Origin: Thermovirgaceae bacterium
GTDB lineage: Bacteria; Synergistota; Synergistia; Synergistales; Thermovirgaceae
Direction of reading: 5' to 3'
DNA length: 19,718 nucleotides
NCBI GenBank assembly: GCA_046542505.1
Contig: JBKHBH010000032.1
Location: forward strand, 1 to 19,718
Shown here: in pieces, positions 16,377 through 19,718 of the stretch
Position numbering within the stretch: the stretch's first letter is position 1
Layout: each line of letters opens with the position of its first letter
Made by a program: the position numbers and the translations under genes
Notes under the pieces: model-generated
Seen by the model: the letters and a program-made list of their open reading frames with translations, nothing else
The model's database searches: none
Told to the model about the DNA's origin: nothing

Positions 16377-17573
16377 TCATTCGACAGAATAGACCCCTTT
16401 CGTTCCCAAAACGGACTGATCCTCGTCAAGTGTCCCCGGTTGTTCATTTGGCTGCTGTACCCGGGCCGAAAACAGGACTCCCCCGATAACAGCCGTCAGG
16501 GGGGCGACAGTGACGAGACCGAAGCTTCCTACAAGGGTATGAAGGATCTCTGCGGCAACGTAATTGAGGTTCAGGATGTTCAGGACGGGGGTGCCCTGGC
16601 CGATAAAAACCATGAGCATGGTGCTGTAGCCGCCGAAATAGGCCAGAAGGAGAGTCGTGGTCATGGTCCCGATGACGGCACGGCCGACCTGAAATCCTGA
16701 CCGGATCCGTTTGGCCGGTCCCAGGTCGGGGCGATGGATATAAAGCTCATGCATCGAGGCGGCAACATCCATGGCCAGGTCCATGACCGCCCCGGAGGAA
16801 GCAATGAAAATGCCCGAAAGAAATATTTTCCCCAGGTCCAGGTGGGGATAACCCGAATACAGGAGGGTTTCCGCAAAGGGTTTCACGGCACCGTGAATGG
16901 AAAAGAGGTCAGCGAAAAGAATGGACAGGACACAGGTCAGGCCAAGCCCGGCGGAGGCGCCCAGAAAAGCGGTGAGGCCCTTGCGGTTGAACCCGGCGAC
17001 AAGGAAAATGATGACCCCTGTCAGGACGGCCGTAACAGAAATGGAGACAAGGATTGGGTCATACCCTTTGAGGTACCCCGGTAGGAGGATTTTCCACAGG
17101 ACGACGCCGGTGAACACAAAGGAGACAACCGCCTTGACACCCGTCCATCCTGCGAAGCCCACGACCAGGAAAATGAAGAGCCCCAGAAGGATGGCCTCGA
17201 TGTCCAGCCGGTAATGATCGGTGAGAGTGACATCGACAACCTTTTTCCCATGGGTGCTCAGCACGGCGAAGACCCGGTCCCCGGGTCTGAAGAGCTTGTC
17301 GAGCTCCATTTTCCCGACAAGCTGGTTATTCGCCTCGAAGACCTCACCCTTCCAGGGACCGTCGAGGATTCTCACCCGAAGGACCTGGTCCCCCGACTTG
17401 ACGATCCCGAATTGCTGAACCTGTGAATTGTCTGCCGAGAGAACAGCAGCCTTCGCGTGCACGGGCCCTTTCCCGTTGTCCTTGAGCTGGTTCGAGTCAC
17501 CGGGAATGAACAAGAAAATTCCGATAACGACGAGCAGTAAAAGGACGAATATTTTTTCCTTTTTGTCGCTCAT
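16377..17573 (-). CDS. YibE/F family membrane protein
   Basis: AGGAGG RBS; periplasmic beta region followed by many TM helices; SGAVMDLAMDVAAS, GRAVIGTMTTTLLLAY and AEILHTLVGSFG motifs. Confidence 0.88.
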   Translation of the reverse strand: MSDKKEKIFVLLLLVVIGIFLFIPGDSNQLKDNGKGPVHAKAAVLSADNSQVQQFGIVKSGDQVLRVRILDGPWKGEVFEANNQLVGKMELDKLFRPGDRVFAVLSTHGKKVVDVTLTDHYRLDIEAILLGLFIFLVVGFAGWTGVKAVVSFVFTGVVLWKILLPGYLKGYDPILVSISVTAVLTGVIIFLVAGFNRKGLTAFLGASAGLGLTCVLSILFADLFSIHGAVKPFAETLLYSGYPHLDLGKIFLSGIFIASSGAVMDLAMDVAASMHELYIHRPDLGPAKRIRSGFQVGRAVIGTMTTTLLLAYFGGYSTMLMVFIGQGTPVLNILNLNYVAAEILHTLVGSFGLVTVAPLTAVIGGVLFSARVQQPNEQPGTLDEDQSVLGTKGVYSVE

Positions 17574-17608
17574 TTTTTCGTCCACCTCCTGAAAGATCTT
17601 TCCCGGCA

Positions 17609-17662
17609 CAGGGCATCCGGGGGATCGATGGTCCCGCAACCACCGGCCCCCCGGATGTCCTG
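17609..17662. other. Long intercistronic GC stem-loop between alkaline phosphatase and YibE/F
   Basis: CAGGGCATCCGGGGG..CCCCCGGATGTCCTG (15-bp arms, 1 mismatch); no U-tract on the coding strand. Confidence 0.6.
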
Positions 17663-17681
17663 AAAAACCGTACCGGTTCCC

Positions 17682-19220
17682 TTATCGGGCGACCGCCAGG
17701 GATCTTTCTTCCAGAAGGTTCAGAAGGTTCTTTCCTACATCCGTATTGTCATAGTAGCCGGTAAAGGAGTCGGCCCCGGGTCCCTGGGCGAAAGTAGGAA
17801 CAGGGACCCCGGTATGGGAGTAGGATGTCCACGCCAGCCCGGCTTTGTTGTTCAACGTGTGAGTCAGGCTGACCGTGAGTGGTTCATAGCCCCCGTAAAT
17901 GAGGTACGTTTCTGCATAGTCGGCCTTTTCCGTTTTCTTTTGCATCGAACGGCTGAAAGCCTTTTCGATGGCCTGGAGTTCCCGGGCATTGAGGGCGAAT
18001 TGCAGGCGGTCTGCGGCCTCTTCATCGCCGGTCTTCGCCAGGGCTTCAAGTTCGGCGCGCTCTTGTTCCGAGAGGATCACCAGACCAAAGGCCCCCTTTA
18101 TTGCCTCTTTAAGGTCCGCCAGGTCGGCTTCTTCCGGTATTATGTTCCGCCTGTAATCATCAAGCACCTTGTCAAATCCGATGTAAGACATGGACTGCCG
18201 GCTGAGGTAATCCAGGTAGGTCCCGTATTTCGTCCCGGCAAACCCGATCGTCAGGCCGCCGCATTCATGGTCACCCGTCACGACCACCAGGGTCTCGTCG
18301 GGATGTTCCATCGCGAAATCCAGGGCAACGGCTACGGCGTCATCGAAGGCCAGCGTGTCTTTTATGGCTGCAACGGCATCATTCGCATGACAGGCCCAGT
18401 CGATCTTTCCGCCCTCCACCATCATGAAGAAACCCTCAGGGCCGTCGAGGAGCTCGATGCCCTTTTGCGTGAAATCCTCAAGAGTCAGCGGCTGGTTGTC
18501 GATGGAATATTCGAGGGCCATGTCCGGATCCAGTTCCGGGCTGACGGCAAAAACCTTGCCCGTCCCGGGTTCCAGAGCCGTGAACTCCTCCAGGGTCCGC
18601 GTCACGGTGAAACCCTTCTCGATGGCTACCTTGTACGCATCAACAGCACCATCAGGGCTTACCGGTTTTTTTAGTCCGCCTCCGGCAAAATAGTCGAAAT
18701 CGCTTTCGGCCAGTTCGAGGCCGATTTCATGGTAGTTTTTTCGTGTCGGCTGATGTGCGTAAAAACAGGCGGGAGTAGCGTGGTCGATGGAAACGCTCGA
18801 GACAAGACCGACTTTCATCCCCTTTTCCCTGGCTACCTCGGCCACAGTCTTGTATTCCCGGGTTTTTGACGGATCCATGGAAATGACTCCGGAATTGGTC
18901 TTGAAACCACAGGCGAGAGCTGTCCCCGCCGCCGCGGAATCTGTGATGAAGGCATCGGCCGCATAGGTTGTCGTAAGACCCTGATAGGGCATCTCCGTGA
19001 TGTGGAGTTTTTGTATCCCCGGTTCATCGGTTTTGCTGCCCTGTAGATAGATTTCCGCCGCATTCAACTGAGGAAGCCCTACACCGTCCCCTATGAAGAG
19101 AAAAACGTACTTCGGTGCCGCAGCGAAAGCCCTTCCTGAAACAGCCAGAAAAAAGGCCATGACTGCAAGAAGGAAAACCCCCTGAAACGCCCTTCGTGCT
19201 TTCCAGGACATCCCGTACAT
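17682..19220 (-). CDS. phoA: Alkaline phosphatase (PhoA family), exported
   Basis: IGDG, TDSAA (Ser nucleophile), HATPA, VEGGKIDWACH, GDHE and SHTG; signal peptide ending AFA-A; AGGGGGAG RBS before ATG 19220. Confidence 0.92.
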   Translation of the reverse strand: MYGMSWKARRAFQGVFLLAVMAFFLAVSGRAFAAAPKYVFLFIGDGVGLPQLNAAEIYLQGSKTDEPGIQKLHITEMPYQGLTTTYAADAFITDSAAAGTALACGFKTNSGVISMDPSKTREYKTVAEVAREKGMKVGLVSSVSIDHATPACFYAHQPTRKNYHEIGLELAESDFDYFAGGGLKKPVSPDGAVDAYKVAIEKGFTVTRTLEEFTALEPGTGKVFAVSPELDPDMALEYSIDNQPLTLEDFTQKGIELLDGPEGFFMMVEGGKIDWACHANDAVAAIKDTLAFDDAVAVALDFAMEHPDETLVVVTGDHECGGLTIGFAGTKYGTYLDYLSRQSMSYIGFDKVLDDYRRNIIPEEADLADLKEAIKGAFGLVILSEQERAELEALAKTGDEEAADRLQFALNARELQAIEKAFSRSMQKKTEKADYAETYLIYGGYEPLTVSLTHTLNNKAGLAWTSYSHTGVPVPTFAQGPGADSFTGYYDNTDVGKNLLNLLEERSLAVAR

Positions 19221-19221
19221 G

Positions 19222-19276
19222 AAAACTCCCCCTGTCATCTGAATTGAGACTCGTCTCGAATGATAGGGGGAGTTTT
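19222..19276. repeat. 17-bp inverted repeat linking the phoA promoter and RBS
   Basis: AAAACTCCCCCTGTCAT (19222-19238) / ATGATAGGGGGAGTTTT (19260-19276), one mismatch. Confidence 0.85.
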
Positions 19277-19315
19277 TCACGTTTGTATTACCGCAACGTA
19301 ACAATTTCGTTTCAA
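19260..19315 (-). promoter_or_regulatory. Pho-box-like promoter of alkaline phosphatase
   Basis: 11-bp-period half-sites TTGAAAC-gaaa-TTGTTAC-gttg-CGGTAAT-acaa-ACGTGAA, then 10 nt, then TATCAT. Confidence 0.6.
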
Positions 19316-19344
19316 TCGCGAAAAGCGAAAGGGGGGTTTGGGTT

Positions 19345-19718
19345 TTACAGGCGGCGGATGACCATGGCGACGCCCTGGCCGCCTCCGATGCAGGCCGTAG
19401 CCAGACCAAGTTCCTTGTCATGATGCCTGAGGGCATAGATCAACGTCGTCAGGATCTTGGCCCCCGTTGCGCCGATGGGGTGTCCAAGGGCGATGGCCCC
19501 TCCGTGGACGTTGCATTTTTCCATGTCGAAGGGCATCTTTCGGTGGACGGCAATAACCTGGGCCGCGAAGGCCTCGTTGAGCTCGATGAGATCCATGTCC
19601 TCCAGTGAAAGCCCGGCGATCTCCAGCGCCTTCGGCGCCGCCACGGTGGGGCCGAGACCCATATGGTCGGCGGCGAGGGCCCCGCTGGCATAACCGAGGA
19701 TCTCGGCCATGGGCTCGT
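19345..19718 (-). CDS. Acetyl-CoA C-acetyltransferase (thiolase), 3' fragment
   Basis: NEAFAAQ, GHPIGATG and CIGGGQG thiolase motifs; runs off the window edge. Confidence 0.93.
   Translation of the reverse strand, partial: EPMAEILGYASGALAADHMGLGPTVAAPKALEIAGLSLEDMDLIELNEAFAAQVIAVHRKMPFDMEKCNVHGGAIALGHPIGATGAKILTTLIYALRHHDKELGLATACIGGGQGVAMVIRRL

Noticed and set aside
19221..19436. N-terminal extensions called by the ORF track for phoA (and similarly for SBP 2055, GT 16209, YibE/F 17639, MgtC 7679)
   Set aside because: They overlap neighbouring genes or promoters; downstream ATGs have clear RBSs and signal peptides or domain starts.
1..19718. CRISPR arrays, IS/transposases, integrases, rRNA/tRNA genes
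   Set aside because: No regularly spaced repeats, mobile-element ORFs or structural RNA gene signatures were seen by eye.

Overview
GC-rich bacterial chromosomal window. The gene content (selenoprotein SelD, seleno-YedE, UPF0182, thiolase, PilT) suggests an anaerobe, possibly Synergistota; this is inference only. Left half: 3' end of a HisC-like aminotransferase coupled to an OpuC/ProU-type ABC importer, then a UPF0182 membrane protein, SH3/NlpC-P60 endopeptidase, MgtC/SapB, orphan PilT, Zn-deaminase and a ferritin/rubrerythrin-like protein. Right half, all minus strand: thiolase 3' end; a putative phosphate-starvation islet (alkaline phosphatase, YibE/F, UgtP/MGDG-type glycosyltransferase, PlcP/LpxH2-like phosphoesterase, with matching Pho-box-like promoters); and a selenium operon yedE-tusA/yedF-selD, whose selD has an in-frame UGA plus SECIS that the ORF track missed. 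The most striking item is the ~380-nt leader of the selenium operon. It has a strong-RBS uORF MVRRYR-UGA followed by a SECIS-like hairpin, a 21-bp helix that can sequester the yedE RBS, and a +1-frame ORF that starts just after the UGA and stops on the yedE start codon. Together these look like a selenocysteine-sensing translational attenuator.
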